Virus record (IMG/VR): IMGVR_UViG_3300014962_000005
DNA from: an uncultured virus (IMG/VR IMGVR_UViG_3300014962_000005)
Taxonomy: Duplodnaviria > Heunggongvirae > Uroviricota > Caudoviricetes
DNA length: 64,000 bases
Strand: one strand, 5' to 3'
Part shown: positions 18,851 through 28,655 of the stretch, in pieces
How the letters are laid out: every line of letters starts with the position of its first letter
Numbering within the stretch: the stretch's first letter is position 1
The notes under the pieces: generated by a model
What the model saw: the letters and a program-made list of their open reading frames with translations, nothing else
Database searches by the model: none
Told to the model about the DNA's origin: nothing
Position numbers and translations under genes: made by a program

Positions 18851-19132
18851 ATGAAGCTGACTTTCACCCTGCCGGACGGATTCGAGATGCCCCCTGACGC
18901 CGAGATCGGCGGTCAGTTCCAAGCTGTCGGCACGTTCCAAGACAACGGCGACGGCACCATCACCCTGACCCAGATCGACGGCTCCGACATCGAGATGATG
19001 GAGATGGGAGAGAAGGAGGAAGGCGAGTACGGTCCGAAGGCCAAGATGGAAGTCGAGATGGAGGCCGAAGGCCCCGGAGCCGAGAACCTCTTTGCCAAGG
19101 CCAAGAAGGCCGGAATCCCCATGAAGATGTAA
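18851..19132 (+). CDS. acidic hypothetical (virion-associated?) protein
   Basis: start at ACCACC-ATG 18851. Confidence 0.65.
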   Translation: MKLTFTLPDGFEMPPDAEIGGQFQAVGTFQDNGDGTITLTQIDGSDIEMMEMGEKEEGEYGPKAKMEVEMEAEGPGAENLFAKAKKAGIPMKM

Positions 19133-19136
19133 CGCC

Positions 19137-19490
19137 ATGGCCTGCTCCCCCACCGCCAAACTCGATGTGACGTTCCTGCGCACGATTGACTTCGTGGCCG
19201 TGCAGTATCAGCTCTGCGACGCCAATGGCGAGGGCATCGACTACACCGGCTACTCCATCGACGCCGACGCCCGTAAGACGGCTGACAGCGCCTTGGCTTT
19301 CACCATGGGCATCTCGTGGGTGGATGCCTCAACCGGCACCTACCAGATCGCCAAGACCGACACGGAGACCGCCGACCTCATGGTCGGAGATTACATCTAC
19401 GATGTCGTCTTGACCACAGGGGGCGGGGTCCGTCTGCCGCCCGTCTTCACCGCCAACGTCTACGTCCGCAACGTCTGCACCCAGTCCTGA
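19137..19490 (+). CDS. tail-fibre adaptor / BppU-like beta-sandwich protein
   Basis: [14 protein letters not shown]...[18 protein letters not shown] pattern; precedes the fibre gene. Confidence 0.6.
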   Translation: MACSPTAKLDVTFLRTIDFVAVQYQLCDANGEGIDYTGYSIDADARKTADSALAFTMGISWVDASTGTYQIAKTDTETADLMVGDYIYDVVLTTGGGVRLPPVFTANVYVRNVCTQS

Positions 19491-22400
19491 TGAGCACGCC
19501 CGTCAAGGTCTTCGTCAAGAACCCCCCGCCCGGTCCGGTCAAGGTCATCGTGACCAACCCGGACACCACGGTACGCACCATCGAGGTCAGCCCTACACTG
19601 GTGCCGGGTCCGGGGTTCCCAACCGGGGGCACGGCAGCGGAGATCCTCATCAAGCAGTCAGCGACCAACTACGACGCGACGTGGGAGACGGTGAGTGGCG
19701 ACGCCACCATCACCACCGCAGGCGTCGTGACTCTCGCCAACACGGCAGTCACCCCAGGCAGCTACACCAAAGCCAACATCACCGTTGACTCCAAAGGCCG
19801 CATCACCGCCGCCGCGAGCGGCACTGACAACGGCATCACCGAGTTGACGGGGGACGTGGCAGCAGGGCCGGGCAGCGGCAGCCAAGCCGCGACCCTCCAG
19901 CCTGCGGCCATCTCGGGCAAGACGCTTCTGACCCCGCTCGCCGGCACCGAGGAGGTGCTCATCAACGACGCGGGAACGCTCAAGAAGACGACCGCTCAGG
20001 ACATCGCCGATTTGGCACCACCAGGAGGCATGGCCGACCCCGGCTCCAACGGCATCGTTGTCCGAACTGCCCTCAACACCACCACGGCACGGACCCTCAC
20101 GGCCGGCACCAACGTCACGGTGACGAATGGCACGGGGGTGAGTGGCAACCCGACCGTCAACGTGCCCGATGCCTCGACCACCGTGAAGGGGGCCGTGGAG
20201 CTTGCGACCGACGGCGAGGTGGCCGCAGGGCTGGCAGTGCAGGCGAACGACGCCCGCCTTTCCAACGCCCGCACGCCGACAGCACACGCCTCTAGCCATG
20301 TCACCGGGGGCACCGACAAAATCCGAGACGCTACGGCATCGCAAGACGGGCTAATGACGACGGCCTACGCCTCCAAGCTGGACGGAATCGAGGCCAACGC
20401 CGATGTCACGGACGCCGCCAATGTTGGTTCGGCGATCAACGGCAGCGCCGCGAAAACGACGCCGGTGGACGCCGATGTGCTCGCGATGCTTGACAGCGCG
20501 GCATCGTTCATCTTGAAGAAGGTCTCTTGGGCCAACATCAAGGCCACGCTCAAGACCTACTTTGACACCCTCTACCCGAGTGGCAGCGGCACGGTATCTG
20601 GAACCAATACAGGCGACCAGAACCTCTTTGGCACCATCGCCGTCTCAGGCCAGTCGAACGTCGTGGCGGACTCGACCTCCGATACGCTGACTCTGGTAGC
20701 CGGCAGCAACGTGACGATTACGACCGACGCTGTCACGGACTCCATCACGATTGCAGCGTCTAGCGGCGGAGGCGTCTCGGACGGCGACAAAGGAGACATC
20801 ACCGTGTCGGGTAGTGGCGCTACATGGACTATCGACAATGATGCCGTTACTTACGCCAAGATGCAGAATGTCTCAGGGGCGAGTCGCTTGCTCGGCCGTG
20901 GCAGTGCTAGCGGTGCAGGCGATGTGCAGGAAATCACTCTCGGCACAGGTCTCAGCATGACCGGAACGACGCTATCAGCCAGCGGAGGCATTGGTGGAAG
21001 TACAGGCTCCTTTGACAGCCGAGTTCTCGTTGCAGACGGTGTTGGTGGGAGCACCCTCAAGTCTGTTGAGTTCACTTTCACTGAATCCACGGGAGTCCTG
21101 CAGTTTCCCTCGGGGGTTGACGGCGGTGCCGGCTCTGCGGTTGGGCCATTGGTTTTCGGTAAAGGTGGGGCCTCCACCGCAATCGACGCTGGAGGATCGG
21201 GAGGGGTTGTCGGCCTTTTTGGTGGAAACGCTGATGCGGGAGGTGCAGGCGGTAGCGGAGGCACGATTAACGTCGGCGGCAGTGACGCCACTGCAACAGA
21301 CCCCGGAGCTAACGGAGGGTCGATTAACACCTCGGCTTCCGGCACCACACCGGGCGGTGATATCAACACTTCTGCTGGCGGTTCGATCAACACTGCAAAC
21401 GGAGGCGGGTCGATTACGACCGCCAGCGGCGGCGGGTCTATCAACACTCAGGGGACAGGAACAGTCGAACTCGGGCAGAGCGGCACGCGAACTACACTGA
21501 GCGGGACAGCCACCAACGACCGGGCCATTTCTTTGCCGGATGCGAGTGGCACTCTCGCCCTGCTCTCTGACATTCCTGCGGATACCGGCATCACCCAACT
21601 CACGGGCGATGTGACGGCCGGCCCCGGCAACGGTAGCCAAGCCTCTACCATTGCCAATGACGCCGTGACCTACGCCAAGATGCAGAACGTCAGCGCAGCC
21701 TCCCGGCTGCTCGGACGCGGCAGTGCCTCCGGCGCGGGCGACGTGCAGGAGATCACGCTCGGTTCCGGGCTGACGATGAGCGGCACGACCCTCTCGGCAG
21801 CAGGCGGTGGTCTTGGCGATGTGGTTGGCCCCGCCAGCGCCACGGACACGGCTCTCGCCCTGTACGACGGCACAAGCGGCAAGCTCATTAAGAACAGTGG
21901 TATCACAGTCGATGCCACTGACAAGATGGCGGGCGTTGCTTCGCTGGCCTTCGACACCGTTGCTCCGGCAGTTCCCAGCGTTCAAGGGGAGCTTGCATGG
22001 GACGCCTCGCTGGAAACGATTGTTGCCAAGCTCAACGGGTTTTTGCTGCGCATCGGCCAGCATATCGTTTACCACGGCACTAACCAGAGCGGCGTGACAA
22101 TCGCCAAAGGAAAGCCCGTCATGTATGCCGGCACCGATGGCAGCAGCGGCAAAGTCAAGGTTAAACTTTGGGACGGCGTTGGACCTAGCCGGCTTTTCCT
22201 TGGCCTGGCGGCGGAGGAAATGACCAACGGCAGCGAGGGATTTGTGGTGGCGTTCGGCATCGTGGATGGCATCCAGACGAACGGCGGCAACTACTCGCAA
22301 ACGTGGACCGACGAGCAGGAGATTTTCGCCGGCTCGACAAGCGGCAGTCTGACGAATGTCCAGCCGGTTGCCCCAAATCCTCACGTGTCTGTTGGCTTTG

Positions 22401-23656
22401 TTGTCAGTGCCCACGGCAGCAACGGCACGTTCTTTGTGCGCGTGGCTCTTGGTTCCAACATCGCCGACGATGAGGGCGTGACGATCACGAGCCTTGCCAG
22501 TGGGCAGTTGCTTGTCGCCAACGCTGCGGGCACGGTCTTCGAGAACAAGAGCGTTTCCGGCGATGCCACGCTTACTAACACTGGGGCGCTGACCATTGCC
22601 AACAATGCCGTGACCAACACCAAGGCGGCAGACATGGCCGCGTGGACCGTCAAGGCCCGCAACAACGCAGCCAGCGGCGACCCGCAAGACGTGGTTGCCA
22701 CCGACTTGACCGAGGAAACGACGCCCGCAGCCGGCGACTTCCTGCTGGGCTGGGCTTCGAGCGGCGAGCTTCGCAAATTCGACGTTGGGGATTTGCCGGG
22801 CGGTGGCGGCGGCTCATCCATCGACGCCAGACTTTACACGGCCGACGACACTTGGACCAATCCCAGCCCGTCTGTTGCGAGGCCAGTCTTTGTGCGGCTG
22901 ATCGGCGGCGGCGGCGGCGGCGGTGGCGGCCGACGTGGGAACTCCTCCAACAACAGAGCCGGCGGCGGCGGCGGCGGCGGTGGCTCCCTTGTGGAGTTTT
23001 GGACGAACACAACTAACCTGGGTGCAACGGAGTCCGTGGTGGTTGGGGCAGGCGGCAACGGTGGAGCCGGAGCCGTCGGCGTTAGCACGGATGGCGGCAC
23101 CGGGTCGGCTGGTGGCGCGTCATCGTTTGGCGGCGTTTCAGCCGCTGGGGGGCTGGGTGGCGCTGGCGGCGGCGCAACAGCCGGTGCCGGTGGTGCAGCC
23201 CGAACAAGCTCATGTGCATCTGGCATCACGGCGGCGAACAGCCTGGCTGGTGCAAGCGGCCTCAACGGCACACCAAGTGCTGCGGCTGCCAGCGTGCCTC
23301 CATTGCCGACCGGCGGTGGCGCTGGCGGTGGCGCTGCCTCAAGTGTCACGCCGACTTCTGGGTCTGCGGGTGGACTTGTGGGCAATAGCCTCACACAACA
23401 AACGGCTGGTGGCACTGCGGGCACTCTGGGCAACAACGGCGGCAACGGCAACTCTGTGCCGCGGTCGTTGGTCGGCACGGGCGGCGGCGGTGGTGGCGGT
23501 GCCCCGAATGGCGGCGCATCCCCAGCAGGCAACGGCGGCAACGGCGGACTTTACGGCGCTGGCGGCGGTGGCGGCGGAGTCGGCGAAAACGGCGTTACGG
23601 TTGGCGGCGACGGCGGCGACGGCGCACAGGGCGTTGTCCAAATCATCACGTTTTGA
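19490..23656 (+). CDS. tail fibre / receptor-binding protein with internal repeats and Gly-rich C-terminal domain
   Basis: G/S/T/A-rich; [12 protein letters not shown] and [13 protein letters not shown] fibre motifs; start at ATG 19490 overlapping the upstream stop. Confidence 0.85.
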   Translation: MSTPVKVFVKNPPPGPVKVIVTNPDTTVRTIEVSPTLVPGPGFPTGGTAAEILIKQSATNYDATWETVSGDATITTAGVVTLANTAVTPGSYTKANITVDSKGRITAAASGTDNGITELTGDVAAGPGSGSQAATLQPAAISGKTLLTPLAGTEEVLINDAGTLKKTTAQDIADLAPPGGMADPGSNGIVVRTALNTTTARTLTAGTNVTVTNGTGVSGNPTVNVPDASTTVKGAVELATDGEVAAGLAVQANDARLSNARTPTAHASSHVTGGTDKIRDATASQDGLMTTAYASKLDGIEANADVTDAANVGSAINGSAAKTTPVDADVLAMLDSAASFILKKVSWANIKATLKTYFDTLYPSGSGTVSGTNTGDQNLFGTIAVSGQSNVVADSTSDTLTLVAGSNVTITTDAVTDSITIAASSGGGVSDGDKGDITVSGSGATWTIDNDAVTYAKMQNVSGASRLLGRGSASGAGDVQEITLGTGLSMTGTTLSASGGIGGSTGSFDSRVLVADGVGGSTLKSVEFTFTESTGVLQFPSGVDGGAGSAVGPLVFGKGGASTAIDAGGSGGVVGLFGGNADAGGAGGSGGTINVGGSDATATDPGANGGSINTSASGTTPGGDINTSAGGSINTANGGGSITTASGGGSINTQGTGTVELGQSGTRTTLSGTATNDRAISLPDASGTLALLSDIPADTGITQLTGDVTAGPGNGSQASTIANDAVTYAKMQNVSAASRLLGRGSASGAGDVQEITLGSGLTMSGTTLSAAGGGLGDVVGPASATDTALALYDGTSGKLIKNSGITVDATDKMAGVASLAFDTVAPAVPSVQGELAWDASLETIVAKLNGFLLRIGQHIVYHGTNQSGVTIAKGKPVMYAGTDGSSGKVKVKLWDGVGPSRLFLGLAAEEMTNGSEGFVVAFGIVDGIQTNGGNYSQTWTDEQEIFAGSTSGSLTNVQPVAPNPHVSVGFVVSAHGSNGTFFVRVALGSNIADDEGVTITSLASGQLLVANAAGTVFENKSVSGDATLTNTGALTIANNAVTNTKAADMAAWTVKARNNAASGDPQDVVATDLTEETTPAAGDFLLGWASSGELRKFDVGDLPGGGGGSSIDARLYTADDTWTNPSPSVARPVFVRLIGGGGGGGGGRRGNSSNNRAGGGGGGGGSLVEFWTNTTNLGATESVVVGAGGNGGAGAVGVSTDGGTGSAGGASSFGGVSAAGGLGGAGGGATAGAGGAARTSSCASGITAANSLAGASGLNGTPSAAAASVPPLPTGGGAGGGAASSVTPTSGSAGGLVGNSLTQQTAGGTAGTLGNNGGNGNSVPRSLVGTGGGGGGGAPNGGASPAGNGGNGGLYGAGGGGGGVGENGVTVGGDGGDGAQGVVQIITF

Positions 23657-23659
23657 CCC

Positions 23660-24025
23660 ATGAAACGAATCGCTCACATCCAAAACGGTTATATAGTCAA
23701 CGTCTCGCTTGCGCGAGATGACGCGGAACTGCAGCCCGGTCAGATGTTAGAAGCCGACGCTCTGGCGGCTGGATACACGTTTAAACCTGCCGAGCCGGAG
23801 GCAAAACGTTGGCCCGATACCGAGCATTTCCTTGCCGAGTTCACGCTGGAGGAAATGGCTCAAATTAGCCTTTCCACGGAACCGACCATTGCCGGCCTGC
23901 GTTTCATGCTTTCCGGCTGGCGCTCCGCTGTTCATTCTGATGACCCGCGAGTGGTGCAAGGGCTGGACGCACTGGTTGCCGCTGGCATTCTGACCCCCGA
24001 ACGCCGTGCCGTCATCGTCGGATGA
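23660..24025 (+). CDS. tail-fibre-associated protein (chaperone-like)
   Basis: follows the fibre; DDPRVVQGLDALVAAGILTPERR motif. Confidence 0.6.
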   Translation: MKRIAHIQNGYIVNVSLARDDAELQPGQMLEADALAAGYTFKPAEPEAKRWPDTEHFLAEFTLEEMAQISLSTEPTIAGLRFMLSGWRSAVHSDDPRVVQGLDALVAAGILTPERRAVIVG

Positions 24026-24102
24026 TTTTCTAGTATTTATTTTGCACAAGTAGCAAGTTTTGCTGGACATCTCCCCTCATCTCGCAATATTCTGTGAAAC
24101 CG

Positions 24103-24345
24103 ATGAGCAACACCTTCAAGTTCAACATGACCTACCTGACAGCCATTGCCTCGGCACTAGGGGCTTGGGCCTCAGTGGTATGGATCGCTTCGTCGAAGGC
24201 ATCGGACATTGAAGTGGCAAAGGCCGAGATTCTTGAACTCAAGGAGTCTGACAAGCAGCAATCCGCCGTGCTCAATCGGCTGGATGAGCGCAGCACCATG
24301 GTTCTTGACGCCCTCAAAGAACTGAGGGCAATGTTGAAAAACTGA
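24103..24345 (+). CDS. single-TM coiled-coil lysis-region protein (holin/spanin candidate)
   Basis: N-terminal TM then heptad repeats; upstream of the endolysin. Confidence 0.5.
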   Translation: MSNTFKFNMTYLTAIASALGAWASVVWIASSKASDIEVAKAEILELKESDKQQSAVLNRLDERSTMVLDALKELRAMLKN

Positions 24346-24383
24346 GCTTGACGAGTGCCACGGAGTCGGGGAACCTACCGCGA

Positions 24384-24518
24384 ATGAAAATTCTCCCCGC
24401 CCTCGCAGCCTTCTCCCTAGTGGCCTGCGCCACCACCGAGAAACCACGAGACGCCCGACTACTCAACGACTGCCAACTGCTCTGGCTCCTACTCAAAGAG
24501 CTTTGGTCCGACACCTGA
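24384..24518 (+). CDS. small lipoprotein (44 aa)
   Basis: read manually: MKILPALAAFSLVA-C lipobox. Confidence 0.5.
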   Translation: MKILPALAAFSLVACATTEKPRDARLLNDCQLLWLLLKELWSDT

Positions 24519-24525
24519 CTTTCCC

Positions 24526-24726
24526 ATGAAGCACATCCTCCTCTCCATCGCGGCCGTCTGCGGCCTGTCGTCTTGCGCGGCCCTTGAAGGCTACACTCCG
24601 ATGCTCTCGCTTGGCTTTGAAGTCGGCGGCAGCAAGATCACCGTTGGCATCGCTCCGATTCCGACCTTCCAGAAAACCCAACCCAAGCCGGTTGAACTTC
24701 CGGCCATCGTCGTCCCCTCCAAATGA
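24526..24726 (+). CDS. small lipoprotein (spanin candidate)
   Basis: MKHILLSIAAVCGLSS-C lipobox. Confidence 0.6.
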   Translation: MKHILLSIAAVCGLSSCAALEGYTPMLSLGFEVGGSKITVGIAPIPTFQKTQPKPVELPAIVVPSK

Positions 24727-24938
24727 AAGCTCTCCTCACTCTCCTGACTACTAGCAAAGGCTGGCTCGTCCGCCAGATCGCCAAGTTCGCTGGTTACGCC
24801 GGTGCCATCCTCGCCACTAAAGCCGCCGCCGCTGGCGCAGTGAGCGTCACCGCTGAGAACAGCACCGCCGCCCTGACTCTGATCGGTGTCGGCCTGCTGG
24901 AAGTCGCTCTGTCGTTCGTCGCCCGCAAGAACAAGTGA
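24723..24938 (+). CDS. holin candidate
   Basis: two hydrophobic segments, basic C-terminus, coupled to the endolysin. Confidence 0.55.
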   Translation: MKALLTLLTTSKGWLVRQIAKFAGYAGAILATKAAAAGAVSVTAENSTAALTLIGVGLLEVALSFVARKNK

Positions 24939-25483
24939 AGACCATCATCCTCGATCCTGGCCATGGCCTGAGCAACCGCAAGCCGGGTGTCTTTGACCCC
25001 GGTGCGGTCTCGGGCGATGTGCGCGAGGCCGACATCGCGATGGCGTGGGTAAACGAGATTCGTGCGTTTCTGCGGTGTGCCGGCTACAAGGTCATCAGGA
25101 CTCGGTACAACAACGATGACCCTGCTCCCGTGAGCGAGCGCGCCACTATCGCGAAGGAGTTCGGCGGCGACATCATGCTCTCCATCCACTGCAACGCCGC
25201 TAATGGCACGGCCAACGGTACGGAGACCTTCTATCGAGGCGAGGCCAACCGCAAGAAAGCCGAGGCCATCAACAAGGCTGTGGTCGATGCACTGGGCACT
25301 CGCGACCGTGGTGTGAAGCTCGAAGCCGCCAGCCAGCACAAGCGCCTCGCTGTGATGGCGTTCCAGCCCTGCCTACTAGTCGAATTAGGATTCATCGACC
25401 ATGAAGGGGATCGGGCCAAGATGCTCGACCCAGAACTGCGGGCCAAAGCCTGCGAAGCCATCGCCAACGCACTGACCGCATGA
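24935..25483 (+). CDS. endolysin, N-acetylmuramoyl-L-alanine amidase (Amidase_3)
   Basis: ILDPGHG, E, SIHCNA, LVELGFI. Confidence 0.9.
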   Translation: MKTIILDPGHGLSNRKPGVFDPGAVSGDVREADIAMAWVNEIRAFLRCAGYKVIRTRYNNDDPAPVSERATIAKEFGGDIMLSIHCNAANGTANGTETFYRGEANRKKAEAINKAVVDALGTRDRGVKLEAASQHKRLAVMAFQPCLLVELGFIDHEGDRAKMLDPELRAKACEAIANALTA

Positions 25484-26214
25484 GCAAACCCCGCCGTTTC
25501 GTCTTCGCCACCGATTTACACGGAGATCGCCAAGACGCGGCCGCCGTCAAGGTTCTCCACGAAGTCTGCAAGGACTTCAAACCAGACCTCAGGATCTTTG
25601 GAGGCGACCTGTTTGACTTCCGACCGCTCCGCCGTGGCGCATCTGCCGAGGAGCAGTGCGAGACGATGCAGAACGACTGGAATGCCGGTGTCGAGTTCCT
25701 CCACGCGTGGAAGCCCACGCATCTGCTGATGGGCAACCACGATGACCGCCTGTTCGAGCTAGCCGAGAACAGCAGTGCCGGAATCAAGCAGGACTACGCC
25801 TACAAGCTGGTGGGCGAGCTGGAGAACACCCTTCGTAAACTGAAGTGCGAGTGGAAGCCCTACCACAAGCGCCACGGGGTCTTTTCCTTCGGGAAGCTGA
25901 ACTTCATCCACGGATACCACCACGGCCAGCAAGCCGTTCGTCAACACGCGGCGGTCTATAACAATGTGATCCACGGGCATACCCACGCCTTCGACAGTTT
26001 TACATTCGGGTCTTTCAATGAGCGCAAAGCCGCATACTCGTGCGGCGGCTTGCTGGAAGTCGATCAGAGCTACAATAAGAGGTTCACTTCTACACTGCGC
26101 CATGAAACAGGATTCTACATCGGCCAAATCCACTCGGACGGCTCCTTCAACGTCCAAGAGATCCGACAGACAAACGGGACTTGGTGGGTTCCGACCGGGT
26201 TCAAACGCTTCTGA
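25480..26214 (+). CDS. calcineurin-like metallophosphoesterase
   Basis: TDLH, GGDLFD, GNHD, HG, GHTH motifs. Confidence 0.9.
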   Translation: MSKPRRFVFATDLHGDRQDAAAVKVLHEVCKDFKPDLRIFGGDLFDFRPLRRGASAEEQCETMQNDWNAGVEFLHAWKPTHLLMGNHDDRLFELAENSSAGIKQDYAYKLVGELENTLRKLKCEWKPYHKRHGVFSFGKLNFIHGYHHGQQAVRQHAAVYNNVIHGHTHAFDSFTFGSFNERKAAYSCGGLLEVDQSYNKRFTSTLRHETGFYIGQIHSDGSFNVQEIRQTNGTWWVPTGFKRF

Positions 26215-26430
26215 GTGGTTGGCTGCTCTAGCCATCGCCGAGGACCATGAAAAGCCCGGACCGGAGTGGAAGACCCGCCAGCAAATCTGTGAGGAGCTTG
26301 GCATCACCCGCTGGGCCGCTCAGTCCAAACTGGCGCAGGGAGTCAAAGCTGGCGTTATTGAGACCAAGAAGTTTTTGATTGCAGGGTGCAGCAACTCGCG
26401 CCACATGGTCCCCCACTACCGCCCTGTCAA

Positions 26431-26694
26431 ATGAAGAAGCCCAAGCTGCCCCCAGTCATCGAACGCAAGCTCGGACGGCACAAGGCAGACGGCCTCTGCT
26501 GGGATGACGGCACCATCGAGATTGACCCGAGGTTGAAGGGGCGGCGCAGACTGGAGACGCTCATCCATGAGCTGCTCCATCATCGTCACCCTCACTGGAC
26601 CGAGGAGAAGGTCACGGAGGAGGGTGAGGTGCTGGCCCGGTTCCTTTGGAAGCACGGCGTCAGGACGCTTGACACCAAGCCTGCTAACCAGTAG
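26431..26694 (+). CDS. small zincin-like (HExxH) protein
   Basis: IEIDPRL...LETLIHELLH; start at ATG 26431. Confidence 0.7.
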   Translation: MKKPKLPPVIERKLGRHKADGLCWDDGTIEIDPRLKGRRRLETLIHELLHHRHPHWTEEKVTEEGEVLARFLWKHGVRTLDTKPANQ

Positions 26695-26697
26695 TCT
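26669..26697 (+). promoter_or_regulatory. sigma70-like promoter
   Basis: TTGACA-N17-TAGTCT ending 8 nt before the ATG at 26706. Confidence 0.6.
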
Positions 26698-26705
26698 TTC
26701 GCATT

Positions 26706-27431
26706 ATGAACGTGTATGCCTACTTTGTGAACGGGACCGTAGCCCCCTTTGAAGGGGTCACGGCGATCACGTCAATCGACCTGCACCCGACGATCACCCT
26801 CCAGACGACCGCCACCACCACGGCAGGCAGTCCCGTACTGACCGCCGTAGCCTCGACCACCAACCTCGTGGTCGGTCACTACGCGTTCGGGCCAGGCATT
26901 CCCGCTGGCGCGAAGGTGGCAGGCTTCACCGCTAACAGCGTCGTAGTCCTCGACCGTCCGGTGCAGGAGTCTGGCACAGGTGTCAACGTCGCCTTCCACG
27001 GCGTCAGCGCAGCCGACTACGAGATCACCCGCTTCGATTCCGGCACCTACCGCGACCTGTTCACCGCCAGCACGGCCAGCCTCGGCCTCTACAAGCAGAG
27101 GGAGGCTGGGGTGGACGCAGGGTTCGCCCTTGCCACCGAAGGCGCTCTTGCCACCTCGGGGGTTGTTGCTCTCCCCGGAGACGCCATGGTTCCGCAGTGG
27201 AACAAGCTCGGAACGACGGGCGGTGCGGAGCCGGTTGCCACCTCGGTCGTGCCATCCTTTGAGACAGCCCGCGTCAATGCCAGCGATGAAATTGACCACT
27301 TCGCCCCGCGACAACTCTCGTGGAGCGAAGCGGTCTGGTCCATCACTTGCACTGTCGGCGACGAAACTCTGGTTCACTACCTTCGCAAGTCGCTTGTCAT
27401 TGGCTTCTCGAACCTTGCTCCAGAAATCTAA
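26706..27431 (+). CDS. putative virion structural protein
   Basis: TTTAGSPVLT...GPGIPAGAKV beta-rich motif typical of tail proteins. Confidence 0.6.
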   Translation: MNVYAYFVNGTVAPFEGVTAITSIDLHPTITLQTTATTTAGSPVLTAVASTTNLVVGHYAFGPGIPAGAKVAGFTANSVVVLDRPVQESGTGVNVAFHGVSAADYEITRFDSGTYRDLFTASTASLGLYKQREAGVDAGFALATEGALATSGVVALPGDAMVPQWNKLGTTGGAEPVATSVVPSFETARVNASDEIDHFAPRQLSWSEAVWSITCTVGDETLVHYLRKSLVIGFSNLAPEI

Positions 27432-28237
27432 TGCCATCGAACTTCGAGCTGATCGCCACTCCTGACCCTACCGAGTTCACCATTCGGACAAGGATTCCAG
27501 ACACGTTGATCAACAAAGCCAACGCACTCACCTGCAACGGCAAACTGGAACGCTACCTGCCGTACAAGGATTTCGCATGGGCCGTTCGTCGCGAGCGAGT
27601 GGAAGAGTTTGGCGAGTACGTCTATACCTATGTCGAGCCGGCAGACTCTGGGCACAAGTGGTTCTACTTTGCTCGCAAGCGCACACAGAAGGAGCGAGAC
27701 ACGCCGTTTGAGACGTTCTACAGTTCAGTTCAATATCCTTGGCCGGCTGTTCTCGAAGATCTGTTTTTGGTTCAGTCCAGCTTTCCACAATCCACCTACA
27801 ATGGATCTACCACTGTCACGGCTCCGCGCTATTTTGTTCGGAGAAAGTACCGCCCCTCGGTGAGCATCAACAGCCGAATCAAGGTTGACCAGTATCTCTC
27901 CGAGGTTCCGTGGCCTGCATCCGCGTTGGTTCATCAGGAGCCAATCCCTACCGAGGTCAATGGCAGCTACCTCGGTTTGGACATCAGCTTTCCGAAATGC
28001 CTCCATCCGCGCATCGAGCTTCCCGAACTGGTGCCAGGCGCACAGATCATCTTCAATGCCGGAGCCATTGACCGTACCCGTGGGGGCACGCCCAGCAAGC
28101 AGGTATTCCCCGCGACCAACTTCGAGGATTGGCGGCCATTCGTGAAAGAGGACCAAGTGCAGCCTCAAAAAGGTCTCTGGCTTCGTGAACGGGTAACGAT
28201 CTATCCCCCGCAGCGCATCGAGAGCATCGAGAACTGA
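27431..28237 (+). CDS. hypothetical (probably tail) protein
   Basis: start at ATG 27431 overlapping the upstream stop. Confidence 0.6.
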   Translation: MPSNFELIATPDPTEFTIRTRIPDTLINKANALTCNGKLERYLPYKDFAWAVRRERVEEFGEYVYTYVEPADSGHKWFYFARKRTQKERDTPFETFYSSVQYPWPAVLEDLFLVQSSFPQSTYNGSTTVTAPRYFVRRKYRPSVSINSRIKVDQYLSEVPWPASALVHQEPIPTEVNGSYLGLDISFPKCLHPRIELPELVPGAQIIFNAGAIDRTRGGTPSKQVFPATNFEDWRPFVKEDQVQPQKGLWLRERVTIYPPQRIESIEN

Positions 28238-28241
28238 AGCC

Positions 28242-28655
28242 ATGATCCGCACCATCCAAGGCGATTTCGGTCCAGATGACAGCCCGTTCCTTGCCTCCGC
28301 GCAGACGTACGGCATGACTGGCATCATTGCCCAGCGCAGCCGCCTCAACAACACCGTAGTCGTGGAACCTGAGCCGATGGCCGAGGTGAAGACCTACAAT
28401 GTGGGGTTCGAGTACATTCCGCCTCCAACACCTNNNNNNNNNNCTCCTACGCCGACTCCGACTCCTACGCCTACATCTACGACGACACCGACGCCGACGA
28501 TGACGCCGACGATCACTCCAACGGCGACGCCGACAATGACACCCACGGTCACTCCAACAGTGACTCCTACGGTTACGCCTACTGTAACACCGACAGTCAC
28601 GCCAACTACTTCCCCAACTCCACCACCAACGCCTACACCGACACCTCCTCCATGA
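28242..28655 (+). CDS. mucin-like Pro/Thr-repeat protein
   Basis: C-terminal half is PT and TPT[V/M/I/A] repeats with degenerate codons; N gap at 28434-28443. Confidence 0.7.
   Translation: MIRTIQGDFGPDDSPFLASAQTYGMTGIIAQRSRLNNTVVVEPEPMAEVKTYNVGFEYIPPPTPXXXXPTPTPTPTPTSTTTPTPTMTPTITPTATPTMTPTVTPTVTPTVTPTVTPTVTPTTSPTPPPTPTPTPPP

Noticed and set aside
19316..19489. N-terminal extensions in the ORF track (19316, 11041, 17535, 4590, 54056)
   Set aside because: They overlap upstream genes or regulatory DNA; downstream ATGs give coupled, genome-typical starts
22900..22985. GGC trinucleotide runs
   Set aside because: They simply encode poly-Gly in the fibre C-terminal domain
27025..27050. TTCGATTCC tRNA T-loop-like word
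   Set aside because: Lies inside a coding region with no cloverleaf around it
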